Shown: piece after piece, positions 18,035-27,783 of the stretch | How positions within the stretch are numbered: position 1 is the first letter of the stretch | Layout: the number at the start of each line of letters is the position of its first letter | IMG/VR virus record: IMGVR_UViG_3300028767_000024 | Coordinates: 1 to 57,933 of that record | Source: a virus | Taxonomy: Duplodnaviria > Caudoviricetes | DNA: 57,933 bases | Direction: 5' to 3' (one strand) | Translations under genes and position numbers: made by a program | Notes under the pieces: model-generated | Databases searched by the model: none | What the model was told of the DNA's origin: nothing | Seen by the model: the letters and a program-made list of their open reading frames with translations, nothing else

Positions 18035-18070
18035 AAAACTATCCCGCCAAAATATGACAGGATAGTTTTA
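18035..18070 (-). terminator. intrinsic terminator after LRR gene
   Basis: AAAACTATCC...GGATAGTTTT inverted repeat. Confidence 0.6.
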
Positions 18071-18078
18071 TAATAGAT

Positions 18079-19599
18079 TTACACCTGTGTAATATTAACC
18101 AAAGTGTTATTATCAATCAGATATTGAATATCTCCATCAGGATTACCAACATTATTTGTCATTAGGTATGAAGGAACTGTCAGGTTAATTACTGCATTAC
18201 CTGCGATGCCATAAAATACATTATCCTCACCTGTTGTATTTCCAATTGTAGGAGCTATATAATTAGATAGATCAATGTTTATCAGGGAGGTGCAACCTGC
18301 GAAACAACTATCTCCTGCTGTGGTGACACTACCTGTTGAAGTTAGAGATGTACAACCTGCGAAACAATTACTTCCTGCTGTGGTAACATTATCTATTGAA
18401 GTCAGGGAGGTACAACCTTGGAAACAATATTCTCCTGCTGTAACTACACTACCTGTTGAAGTTAGAGATGTACAACCATTGAAACAATAATTTCCTGCTG
18501 TGGTGACACTACCTGTTGTAGTCAGTGAGGTGCAACCATTGAAACAACTTTCTCCTGCTGTGGTAACGCTTCCTGTTGAAGTCAGTGAGGTGCAACCATA
18601 GAAACAATATTCTCCTGCTGTAACTACACTACCTGTTGAAGTTAGAGATGTGCAACCTGCGAAACAACTTTCTCCTGCTGTGGTAACATTATCTATTGAA
18701 GTCAGTGATGTGCAACCTGCGAAACAACCAAATCCTGCTATGGTAACGCTTCCTGTTGAAGTCAGGGAGGTGCAACCATAGAAACAATATTCTCCTGCTG
18801 TAACTACACTACCTGTTGAAGTCAGAGATGTGCAACCATTGAAACAATTATTTCCTGCTGTGGTGACACTACCTGTTGTAGTCAGTGAGGTGCAACCATA
18901 GAAACAACTATCTCCTGCTGTGGTGACACTACCTGTTGTAGTCAGTGAGGTGCAACCATAGAAACAATATTCTCCTGCTGTAACTACACTACCTGTTGAA
19001 GTTAGAGATGTACAACCATTAAAACAATAATTTCCTGCTGTGGTGACACTACCTGTTGAAGTCAGGGAGGTGCAACCATAGAAACAATTATTTCCTGCTG
19101 TGGTGAATTTAGCACCTGTGATTTCAGTTAAACTTGAACCTCCTTCATCATAATCACCAAAAGCATAATATCCTGCATAAACCACATCGTTAAATGTACC
19201 TGTAATAAGTGCTGAATTACTAAAAGCAAAATCAGAAATATACCTGAATACTCCTGTGTCCGTAATTGAAATAATGTGAGCGTTTCTGCGAAACAGACTG
19301 TCTTTCAGAATTGACCCCGAACGTCCCGTTAATGTAACAGAATTCCCATCTACGCTAACTGCGGTAAACGGTACTCCAAAGTTTGGAAAGTCCAAAAAAG
19401 CGTTCCAGTCTGATAATGAATTGACATCTGCAACTGGTATGTTTGCAGGATTTGTAACGTCATCAAACTCTAAGGTTATTGTTTTGCTTGCCCCGTAGAG
19501 TTCGGCAAACATTGCGTTTACTGCTTCAAAACCTGCACGGATGGTATCTCCCAATCCGTCATTGGCTGCATCACCAATATTAATTGTGTACTGTCCCAT
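18079..19599 (-). CDS. virion-attached BspA-like (LRR_5) leucine-rich-repeat protein
   Basis: N-terminal INIGDAANDGLGDTIRAGFEAVNAMFAELY resembles the T4 gp9/gp10-like attachment motif; ~14 x CTSLTSTGSVTTAGxxCFxG. Confidence 0.85.
   Translation of the reverse strand: MGQYTINIGDAANDGLGDTIRAGFEAVNAMFAELYGASKTITLEFDDVTNPANIPVADVNSLSDWNAFLDFPNFGVPFTAVSVDGNSVTLTGRSGSILKDSLFRRNAHIISITDTGVFRYISDFAFSNSALITGTFNDVVYAGYYAFGDYDEGGSSLTEITGAKFTTAGNNCFYGCTSLTSTGSVTTAGNYCFNGCTSLTSTGSVVTAGEYCFYGCTSLTTTGSVTTAGDSCFYGCTSLTTTGSVTTAGNNCFNGCTSLTSTGSVVTAGEYCFYGCTSLTSTGSVTIAGFGCFAGCTSLTSIDNVTTAGESCFAGCTSLTSTGSVVTAGEYCFYGCTSLTSTGSVTTAGESCFNGCTSLTTTGSVTTAGNYCFNGCTSLTSTGSVVTAGEYCFQGCTSLTSIDNVTTAGSNCFAGCTSLTSTGSVTTAGDSCFAGCTSLINIDLSNYIAPTIGNTTGEDNVFYGIAGNAVINLTVPSYLMTNNVGNPDGDIQYLIDNNTLVNITQV
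18282..19106 (-). repeat. 60-bp coding tandem repeat, ~14 copies, with a 180-bp higher-order period
   Basis: Lines 18301-19081 align column for column; the variant TAACTACACT recurs in the lines starting 18421, 18601, 18781 and 18961. Confidence 0.97.
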
Positions 19600-19611
19600 T
19601 TTTTATAAAAT

Positions 19612-20034
19612 TTAAAGGTTGTTGTATAAAATTGTTATTTTTTGATTTGTCAGATCAAACTGTTCCCTGATAGCCGAAACCACCCCATTAACCGTCACTT
19701 CCTGACTTGAATCACAGGTGACAAGTGTACTATCACAGGTTATTGAAGGTGGTTCAGAAGGGTTCACATTTGCCCCAAGTTGTGTGTTTATTGCCTTTAC
19801 TGCAAGTTCAGCGCTATCCAATAATTCCCCATTAACTTTTATTTCGCTGAATTTTTCGTACAATATCGCAGGAGAATTAGTATTTCTATTCCTAATGCCG
19901 ATATATGGTTCATCTTCTCCGGGCACAGACACTGATCTTGCCGTATAAGATTTCCTGTAACAGACTTTTCCTTTGCCTGTGTCGGAAGAGCTTATACTAA
20001 AAGTATTATCATCTATGCTATCGATATAGATCAT
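19612..20034 (-). CDS. putative structural protein, paralog of 20031..20306, with ITCDSTLVTCDS motif
   Basis: MIYIDSIDDNTF / SYTARS / FSEIKVNG..AELAVKAIN. Confidence 0.6.
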   Translation of the reverse strand: MIYIDSIDDNTFSISSSDTGKGKVCYRKSYTARSVSVPGEDEPYIGIRNRNTNSPAILYEKFSEIKVNGELLDSAELAVKAINTQLGANVNPSEPPSITCDSTLVTCDSSQEVTVNGVVSAIREQFDLTNQKITILYNNL

Positions 20035-20306
20035 GCCGGAGTAGTTTTCATCATTGTATTAAATGCTACGACTGCTTCCTGGGCTGTTTCAAAAGCTACA
20101 GAATCAATCTCAATCTCATCGAATGATTTAAGCACGACGATCCTTGTTCCAAGCTGAGTATGGGCAACGGTAATTAATGGCTCATCGTCAAGCGATAATC
20201 TCGTTGATCTTGCCTCGTAATCTTTGGGATATGTTTCTGCCGGAATGTCTGTATTCTCGCCATGCATCTTAAAAGTATTGGCGTCAACGTTTTCGATATA
20301 AATCAT
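20031..20306 (-). CDS. putative structural protein, paralog of 19612..20034
   Basis: MIYIENVDANTF / DYEARS / FDEIEIDS..AQEAVVAFN. Confidence 0.6.
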   Translation of the reverse strand: MIYIENVDANTFKMHGENTDIPAETYPKDYEARSTRLSLDDEPLITVAHTQLGTRIVVLKSFDEIEIDSVAFETAQEAVVAFNTMMKTTPA

Positions 20307-20364
20307 AGCGTTTTAATTTTATATGGTTTAAATTTATAATTATTTTTCTATTAATTGCGGACAT

Positions 20365-23300
20365 CTAATTTTTTCTTAATCGTGGTCTATTCGACATGCT
20401 ATTGCCTCTACTTGCGGGCAATCTCATTGGTTGTTGTCCTTGCTGTCTTAATAACAATCGACCCGTTCCTGCGCCTACACCCGAAGATGAACCTGCACTC
20501 TGATTAACCACGGGCGATAATTGCCCCTGAATCCATCCTGATACCGGGTTAGGCATAGAATATATCATCATCAAATTAAGCCCATTGCCGACCTTTAAAT
20601 ACTGCTCCTTGGAAACATACCCACCTTCATAGGCTTTTCCTAGTGCGTCCCATATTGCGCTTCCTGATTCAACCAAACTCCATGCATCATGAAACATAGA
20701 TGCTGATGGACCCGGGAGCACGGAAGATATAATTTGCTTTGCCTGCCCCCTGCTCGGAGTCCTGAGCATATATAATTCGTCGTTGGCATATCCGAGAATA
20801 TAATCAATCCAATCGCTTTTAACTCCGGCTGCGTCAAGTCCAAGGGATGTGGCATTAAATAGTTCATGGTACAATCCCTGTGCTCCACCCATCGTAAGAC
20901 TGGCGATAGATGCTATTCCGTTTACTACCCATGCATCGAGACTACCCAGCTGCTGTGCCTGCTTCTGAGTGTTTGCGTCAACACTTCCTAATGTCGCGGA
21001 CTGTACCGCATACTTTACCCCTACATTCGTAACAAGCCTTGTTTGCATGTATAAAAAGTTACTTACTGGAATGGAAACCATGTCCCTGATCCCCATCCAT
21101 TGAGTTGCAGATAATCCTTTTGTATTTGGATCACCACCCCTTGTAGCCCTATACCACCCAATCTTAAACTGCGACCATTCATTACGGTTAAATCCCTGAA
21201 GCCCGTCAATGGTCTTTACAATGACCGAAGATGGGTCATACTCATGCCGAAAGAATCTGGTCATCTCAGGTTGAGACATTGGATTTTTAGAGTTAAATAA
21301 TTCCTCAGTTCTTCTCAGTCCCCATGAGGTTGCGTGTTCTACGTCTTCCCTTGCCTGCTCCCTGAAAATAGGATCACTGTTGTATTTTTTAATGTCAAAC
21401 TTATGTCCTGTTCTGTCATAATACTCCTTGGCCATAAGCGAAGAAAATACCCTTCTTCCAACCTGTGTGTCGGAGAAAGTAATAATATTCATAGCTCCAT
21501 GCTCGAGAGCAGATGGAATTTTACTTGTAAAGAAGTTCTCGTTCGCGTCCTGATCCCACCTACTGAAATGTTTATCTCCAAAATAGTCGTCCATAATGGA
21601 ACTGTATTCGACGGGGTGCCTGTTGTATTCTCCGTAAAAACCCAAGGCATCCTTGGCACTAATAGCTCCCCTGAGTAAATTTGAAGCTGACTCTGCCAAT
21701 ATCCTGTTTGGATTGGCTATAAGGGCTTTCTTTTTTGCGGCCAAAAGCCTGTCGTATGTTTTTTCTGCTGTATTATAAATCTCACGCTTACGTCCGTTAA
21801 GCACAAATGCTGTCCGACTGACAAGACCCTTTTGAAATGCCACCCCTAATGTGTACATAGGGGTTTTTTTATCGGTGACTACTTTCCCGAATGCGCTTTT
21901 TATAGCATTGCTGTTTGCCCTGAGTTCAGGGAGCACGAAGTAGTTACGAGTCATTTCGTCTAAGTGAGCCTTACCGACAACACTAGGATTGGTTTCGATC
22001 ATGTATAATCTGTTCTCCCTGGCAAACGTGGCGCCGGCAATCATCTTGGGCTGAGTCCATCCGATATTCAATTCATGGGTCAGGTCATCAGATTGCAGGA
22101 ATCCTGATTTCTTATATTCCTTTAACGGGAAATAATCTTCACCTAAGTCTGTGTAAGTCCTGCCATTTCGCATTGTGGCAACCTCGGCCATTCCGTTCAT
22201 GGACTGGTAAACATTTCTTGTACCCTGAATATAGTTCCAACGCCTAGGGTCAACTATCTTTAAGTGATCCTGATATCTCTGAACGTCCAATAATTCTTTT
22301 CCGTCTATGGTCTTAGTAGCTCCAATTTCCCTTGCATCAGAAAGCAGTTTATCATACGTTCTTTTTTTATCAGCGAACTCAACCTTGTCTTTTGCCTTAT
22401 TGAAATTGGCAGTGTAGTTTTCTCCGAACATGTGATCGAGAATACTCAGGTCGCTCAACGGATCTTTGAGAGAGCTACGGAAACTTGACTCTGCCAAAAT
22501 CATCCCCATGTAATTCAACTCTTCTCGTTCTTTGGAATACTTAGTTTTCCCCGAGAATCCTCTGAGCTTATTTTGAGTACTACTCACGCTGCCTTGCCCT
22601 AGTCCTTTAAACAAAGCCTTCTCTTCTTTAAGGAATTTTTCTTCAACTTCTTTTTTGTACCGGCTTGATTGTATAATGGAGTTACCTACATCTGAAAACG
22701 TGCGGGATAGCCCATCGTTTTTGCCTAAGTTTCCAAGAATAACTTCCAACTCCCTGGGGTTTAAAGACCTGACGTATTCATAAATCTGCTTCTCGGTTTT
22801 ATCTTTCAGCCATTCATTTCCCTTCTTTGATTTCTCATATACGGCGGCGGCGGAATCCATGTATTTACGCAGGATTTCCTTAGTCTTTATTTTTTCAAGA
22901 AGCATTGCCGATTCAGGAGTGAACCCATCTACCTTCAGGTTTTTTACAAACTGCATGTAGGAATCCATGTCTACCCCATCAAGAGCTTCGATGTCAGACT
23001 TCTTTGCATTTAATAAAGTAAAGATGAGTTCTCTTGCTTTATCTCCTACGCTTTTCACATCCTGAACATTAATGCCTTTTCTTTCTGCGACGATCTTATT
23101 TGAGAATGCCGCCTTAAAATCTTCAAGTTCTTTTTCGAGCTTGCCTGATACTCCGGCGATATCCTCGCCCTTACTGCCAATTAACTTTATGGCAGAATCC
23201 AACTCCTCAGTTGTCAGTAATCCCTGATCATTCAGTTCAGATAACCTTACTCTTGCCCGGTCTAATGCCCTTGACATTTTTACATACCCTGACATGCTCG

Positions 23301-26300
23301 TAATTTCTCCAACCTTTTCGCCAAGGCTTGCCATGCTGGTTAAAAGGTCGGCATAAGTCTTTGCTTCCTTGATTTTAATGACACCTTCGTCAAAATGAGA
23401 TACCTGAAAGTAAGCCTCAATCACGGCATTCAAATCAGGAGTTTTCTGATCCCTTGTTTTGATCTTGGAAATTATTGCATTGAAATCAGCAAGCTCTTCA
23501 ACCGTCAAATCCTTAGGATTGATTTTCAATATCTCTTCAACCATAGATTTAGCTGTTCCGAAACCTGCATTCTTACCTAGATTATAGCTCTTGATTACCT
23601 TTAGCGTGTTCTTTGCTTTCCAAACAGCTTCTTTATATTCTGCCCCATCAAGAACATTATATACGTAATCGAGAAGGTGCTCCATTTTGGTATCTGTGGA
23701 AGCATTACTTAGTCGGTTGATAATTGACCTGTATTGCCCGGGATTAATCTTCTTTACGTCAGCCTTCGAGTTGTAATTCTTGATCATATCCTTGATCTGT
23801 GCGCCAAGGTCTTTGAATTGATCCTTAATGGACTTACCGCTTTTATTTGCTGATAGTGATTCAAGCCTGATCTGATCCTTTAATCCTGCCATTTCCGACA
23901 GGGTAACTTTGGTTTCAGGAGATTCAGATGGAAGTTTCATTCTTTGCTTTCTCTCGTCTTTGATTCGCTGCTTGGCTTCTTTTTGAATGTCCTTATATTC
24001 TTTGATCGATTCGTCAATTAAATCATCAGGGATTTCAATTTTATTATCCTTGAAATAATTTTTAACCGCGTCAACTAAGTCCCGTCCTTTGACTCCAAGT
24101 TTTAATGAGATGGCACGAGTCACATCTTTGATAACCGTTCCCCACCTAGCTCTTTCTTCTCCGGTAAAAGAAGTTTTGGCACCGGTCAAAGAAGCAATAT
24201 CAGATGCAGCCTTTGCCAATAAATCATCAGCTTCTTTTAATTTTGCTGCACGTTTTTCTTCCTTTGTAAGCTTAACAGGAGCCTCGATATTCTGAGGCTC
24301 AACTGTTGGATTTTCTACTTGCAGCCCTTGCCCTTTGGAGGCATCTTGACTGGTGCTTTCTTTGCCATTTTCAGTGGTTTTAGATGTTAGTACTTGTTCA
24401 TTATTTATATTCGGTTCAACTTTTTGTGAACTTAAATCAGCAGGTTTAGATATATCTGTTTGATTTTCAGTAGGAACTTCTGGATTTTCGGGAACTTTTT
24501 TTACTTCCGTGTCGGATATGTTTACAAATTCCTCTTTATTTGCCTGTACTGACTGAGCGTCTTGAAACTTAGATATCTCATTCCCTAATCGCTCTTGCTC
24601 TTTTTCGATTTGTTCAAGTGTAAATTTTCTGAGATCAGAAGATTTCATTATCTCTAAATCCTTGTAATTCTTATAGAGTTCATCAGCCGCTTCTTTTAAC
24701 GCAGCATTTATAACGGGTTCGTTATTTTTCAGCTTATCGAGTACGCCCTGAGTATCTTCTGATAAATCTACTTTTGGTGACTTTGGAAGATTCAGTCTGG
24801 TCTGTGCATTAGCAAGTGCAGCTTCTTTGTCTTCGCTGTTATTTGCTTTAAGAATCTCAATCTGAGAATTAAAGTCGGTTTTTATCTCATCGGCCTTAAT
24901 TGGATCTTCCGTCTTTGCAACCTTTCCATCTCTTTGTGCTTCGAGAGTAGCCACTTGCCCTGCTACTTCGGCATCTTTTTTTGCCTTAGCTTCTGCTTCT
25001 CTGTCTGCCTTAGCTTTATCAACCGTCTTTTTAGCCTTACCGATTGCAGTTAAAACGCTTTCTACGTAAGTTGTTTCTTCATCCGTTCTTTCGAGTGGGC
25101 TTTTATTCCATCCGCCCTGAAGATTTATGCCAATTCCCTTTTTGCGTAATTCTTTGGTGGTTTCGAAAAATCCTTCCTGAGTATTGGAGAAATTAATTGC
25201 TTCCTTCCTGCGTATTGCGTCAAGTACGGTTTGAAGATGATCTGAAATTTCCTGTGGATTAGCCGATGTAGCTACTTCAAGTAAGTTTCCATCCTTATCA
25301 AAAGTTTTAATCCTTGATATTCCGTTTTCAGTCTTAGCCTCTGCGGTAACTGCATTATCGGTTAAATCAAATCCTGTGATCAGATTTCTTGTGCCTTCTC
25401 CGTTTGGATCAAGGGCATAGGCAATTTTTACCTTTAGTGTTGCGGGAATATTCTTGTCGCTTAAATTAAATTTTCTTTCTTCTACGGCTTTCCATAACTC
25501 TTCTTTAGTGGCGTATCCCGAAGCGTTTAATTCATCGAGAGTTACACCTGTTTTTGAGAAGCTATTATATCTGTCGTATGCCAATTCGGGTCTGCGAGAT
25601 AGCGGGTTCTCGTTAAGTCCACCAACTCCATATTTATGCATCATCCCGAACATCAGGTTGCTTTTTGCGAAATCCTGCCATGTCGTAGGAGTTTTATCTC
25701 CTTCAAGCATCTTTCCGCCAATAGTGAATGCTGCAACCTCAGATTCGAACCCTGCAAGCTTTATTCCTTTATCTAATGCAATCTGAAGTAATGGCTTATC
25801 CGTAAATGAAGCAGCGTATTTCCCTGCCTGGGAAGATAATAATCCCATCGGCCCAACTGCCATACCAAGTAGCATCGGATTCTTTCCGCTTTTAATGGTT
25901 TCTTCCAAGTTGATTTCACCAATAGATTTACCGGCCTCAAGTTGTGATAATACATTCTGAGTTGCTGCATGTCCGGCAAGTGCTGTTCCTGATCCGAGCA
26001 TGGTACTACCTACCTGGTTCCCGATATTCATTATTGCATTTTTGACTGCCCAATCAGCAGCTTCTCCCTTTACCCCTGAGAGTAAAAGTTTCTTACTCAT
26101 TGCGTCTCCGGCACCTGCCAATATCTTTGTAGCTGAACTTAATGCCCTTGCGCCTTCCATTGCGGCGGGAACTGCCTTCCATAGTGTGCTTCCAACTTTA
26201 CCAAATCCCGAGAATATCGGTAAGTCTACTAATACTCCAACTCCAAATGCTGCGATATCTTCAAGTGAGTTTGGATTATAATTCTTTAGCCAAATATCTG

Positions 26301-27780
26301 ATTCCTGTTGTTTTTGTCTCCATTCTCCTATTGGACTTGTAGCTACTAATGCTGAAGTTACAGATGCAGGCTGTCCGGTTAATTTGGAAACTATTGGTGC
26401 AGCCAACCTTGCTCCGGCTGTCGGGTCTTGCATTAACGCCATGAATTGAGTAGCTGAACCAATAACTGACTTAGTAAAACTTCTTGCCTGAAATTCAAGC
26501 GCATCAGAAGTGGTTTTAGTACTACCATCTTTCTTTAATGTCGTATCATTTCCGCCACCTTCAGGAGTAATTCCTGCCGAAGTCGGTACATAATTTGCAA
26601 TTTTCTGTAAATATTCAGGAGAGAACATGGTTGTTTTCTGTGCATCCGATATAGCTATTTGCTGCATAGCCGTATTGTCTCCTGCGGCTGCGTATTTAGC
26701 CTTAAAATCGACGATCTTAGGATACATTGGGCTTGTAGGTGACAATGCCCCACCTTCCTGAAACGCGCTCTCTAAGACGTTATTTTGAGCCTGATTTGCG
26801 GCGGTAGATACTAAGTTCTGCGCATGGGAAATATCGGCATCAAGCGTTGATTTAATCGGTTGAGCTATAGTCCTGTCTTTATTAAATGATTCTATCTGAT
26901 ACTTTAAATCAGGATTGTCTTTTTTAATATTCTCGATTCTAGTTTCAAACGGAGTAATAGTCCCTTGATTGTACGTGGATGATAAGTCTGCAATAAATTT
27001 ATTTCCGTTGCCATCAACTACAATTCTGCCAACATGGTCGATGGATGACCCGTTTGTTTTGAAGAATATTACATCCCCGTCCTTAGATTTATCCTCGGGT
27101 ATGTTTTTTACAGTAGTCAGTGTACTTAATTTTGATGCGCTCGTGGTTATGGGGTCTAACCCTAAACCATTGGTTTTGTTCAGGGATGCGATTACGGCAC
27201 CTGAACAATCACTTTCTGTGACTTTAGTCTTGCCATACATCGAATCATTACCAACACCCTTAGCCCCTAATTTATAAGATTTCCCTACAACAGAATCAGC
27301 GAACGAATCTGCTGTATCCGTGCTTATTACGCCAATATAATTTGGCATTGGAAGCGCTTTCCCTTTAACTGGAACTGCCGTTGTTATTTTGTCGTTAGGC
27401 TTAATCAAAGGACGCACAGGTTCTTCCTTAATTATTGGCTGTGGGTCAGAATTATCCATTTCATCCGTACTCCTATAAAGAGAATTTGAAGGATAATAAT
27501 TAGAGTTATCTATCGGTTTCTGTGGCGTAGATTCTATTTTTGTTGTAATAGGGGCTGGAGTTGCAATAGCATCAGTAGAAGTGTCCATTGAGGCAGGTGC
27601 GATCTCCTTCGGATCAATTATGGGCTGATTTGCCATTCCGGTAGTGTCCACGGATTCATTGTACTGTGGGTATTTATCCACTATTTTTTTAACCAAAACA
27701 TTGTCATCCAAAGATTCATACTGAGGATATTTTGCCTTGATTTTTGATGCAAACTCGCTGTATGATAATTTATCTGGCAT
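20365..27780 (-). CDS. giant internal virion/ejection protein with NlpC/P60 peptidase domain
   Basis: 2471 aa; FADSVVGKSYKLG..DCSGAV..GDVIFFK..IDHVGRIV; N-terminal FASKIKAKYPQY motif; mostly helical; follows the tail genes. Confidence 0.75.
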   Translation of the reverse strand: MPDKLSYSEFASKIKAKYPQYESLDDNVLVKKIVDKYPQYNESVDTTGMANQPIIDPKEIAPASMDTSTDAIATPAPITTKIESTPQKPIDNSNYYPSNSLYRSTDEMDNSDPQPIIKEEPVRPLIKPNDKITTAVPVKGKALPMPNYIGVISTDTADSFADSVVGKSYKLGAKGVGNDSMYGKTKVTESDCSGAVIASLNKTNGLGLDPITTSASKLSTLTTVKNIPEDKSKDGDVIFFKTNGSSIDHVGRIVVDGNGNKFIADLSSTYNQGTITPFETRIENIKKDNPDLKYQIESFNKDRTIAQPIKSTLDADISHAQNLVSTAANQAQNNVLESAFQEGGALSPTSPMYPKIVDFKAKYAAAGDNTAMQQIAISDAQKTTMFSPEYLQKIANYVPTSAGITPEGGGNDTTLKKDGSTKTTSDALEFQARSFTKSVIGSATQFMALMQDPTAGARLAAPIVSKLTGQPASVTSALVATSPIGEWRQKQQESDIWLKNYNPNSLEDIAAFGVGVLVDLPIFSGFGKVGSTLWKAVPAAMEGARALSSATKILAGAGDAMSKKLLLSGVKGEAADWAVKNAIMNIGNQVGSTMLGSGTALAGHAATQNVLSQLEAGKSIGEINLEETIKSGKNPMLLGMAVGPMGLLSSQAGKYAASFTDKPLLQIALDKGIKLAGFESEVAAFTIGGKMLEGDKTPTTWQDFAKSNLMFGMMHKYGVGGLNENPLSRRPELAYDRYNSFSKTGVTLDELNASGYATKEELWKAVEERKFNLSDKNIPATLKVKIAYALDPNGEGTRNLITGFDLTDNAVTAEAKTENGISRIKTFDKDGNLLEVATSANPQEISDHLQTVLDAIRRKEAINFSNTQEGFFETTKELRKKGIGINLQGGWNKSPLERTDEETTYVESVLTAIGKAKKTVDKAKADREAEAKAKKDAEVAGQVATLEAQRDGKVAKTEDPIKADEIKTDFNSQIEILKANNSEDKEAALANAQTRLNLPKSPKVDLSEDTQGVLDKLKNNEPVINAALKEAADELYKNYKDLEIMKSSDLRKFTLEQIEKEQERLGNEISKFQDAQSVQANKEEFVNISDTEVKKVPENPEVPTENQTDISKPADLSSQKVEPNINNEQVLTSKTTENGKESTSQDASKGQGLQVENPTVEPQNIEAPVKLTKEEKRAAKLKEADDLLAKAASDIASLTGAKTSFTGEERARWGTVIKDVTRAISLKLGVKGRDLVDAVKNYFKDNKIEIPDDLIDESIKEYKDIQKEAKQRIKDERKQRMKLPSESPETKVTLSEMAGLKDQIRLESLSANKSGKSIKDQFKDLGAQIKDMIKNYNSKADVKKINPGQYRSIINRLSNASTDTKMEHLLDYVYNVLDGAEYKEAVWKAKNTLKVIKSYNLGKNAGFGTAKSMVEEILKINPKDLTVEELADFNAIISKIKTRDQKTPDLNAVIEAYFQVSHFDEGVIKIKEAKTYADLLTSMASLGEKVGEITSMSGYVKMSRALDRARVRLSELNDQGLLTTEELDSAIKLIGSKGEDIAGVSGKLEKELEDFKAAFSNKIVAERKGINVQDVKSVGDKARELIFTLLNAKKSDIEALDGVDMDSYMQFVKNLKVDGFTPESAMLLEKIKTKEILRKYMDSAAAVYEKSKKGNEWLKDKTEKQIYEYVRSLNPRELEVILGNLGKNDGLSRTFSDVGNSIIQSSRYKKEVEEKFLKEEKALFKGLGQGSVSSTQNKLRGFSGKTKYSKEREELNYMGMILAESSFRSSLKDPLSDLSILDHMFGENYTANFNKAKDKVEFADKKRTYDKLLSDAREIGATKTIDGKELLDVQRYQDHLKIVDPRRWNYIQGTRNVYQSMNGMAEVATMRNGRTYTDLGEDYFPLKEYKKSGFLQSDDLTHELNIGWTQPKMIAGATFARENRLYMIETNPSVVGKAHLDEMTRNYFVLPELRANSNAIKSAFGKVVTDKKTPMYTLGVAFQKGLVSRTAFVLNGRKREIYNTAEKTYDRLLAAKKKALIANPNRILAESASNLLRGAISAKDALGFYGEYNRHPVEYSSIMDDYFGDKHFSRWDQDANENFFTSKIPSALEHGAMNIITFSDTQVGRRVFSSLMAKEYYDRTGHKFDIKKYNSDPIFREQAREDVEHATSWGLRRTEELFNSKNPMSQPEMTRFFRHEYDPSSVIVKTIDGLQGFNRNEWSQFKIGWYRATRGGDPNTKGLSATQWMGIRDMVSIPVSNFLYMQTRLVTNVGVKYAVQSATLGSVDANTQKQAQQLGSLDAWVVNGIASIASLTMGGAQGLYHELFNATSLGLDAAGVKSDWIDYILGYANDELYMLRTPSRGQAKQIISSVLPGPSASMFHDAWSLVESGSAIWDALGKAYEGGYVSKEQYLKVGNGLNLMMIYSMPNPVSGWIQGQLSPVVNQSAGSSSGVGAGTGRLLLRQQGQQPMRLPASRGNSMSNRPRLRKN

Positions 27781-27783
27781 AGC

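Noticed and set aside
18282-19106. DGR-type adenine mutagenesis or CRISPR in the 60-bp array
   Set aside because: Many differences are synonymous or at non-adenine positions (GAA vs AAT, GCA, C/T wobble), and there are no spacers. Recombination explains the pattern.
20365-27780. crAss-type virion RNA polymerase
   Set aside because: No convincing DFDxD/DxDGD catalytic motif context; DGVDMD lies in a helical region. A profile search is needed to exclude it fully.
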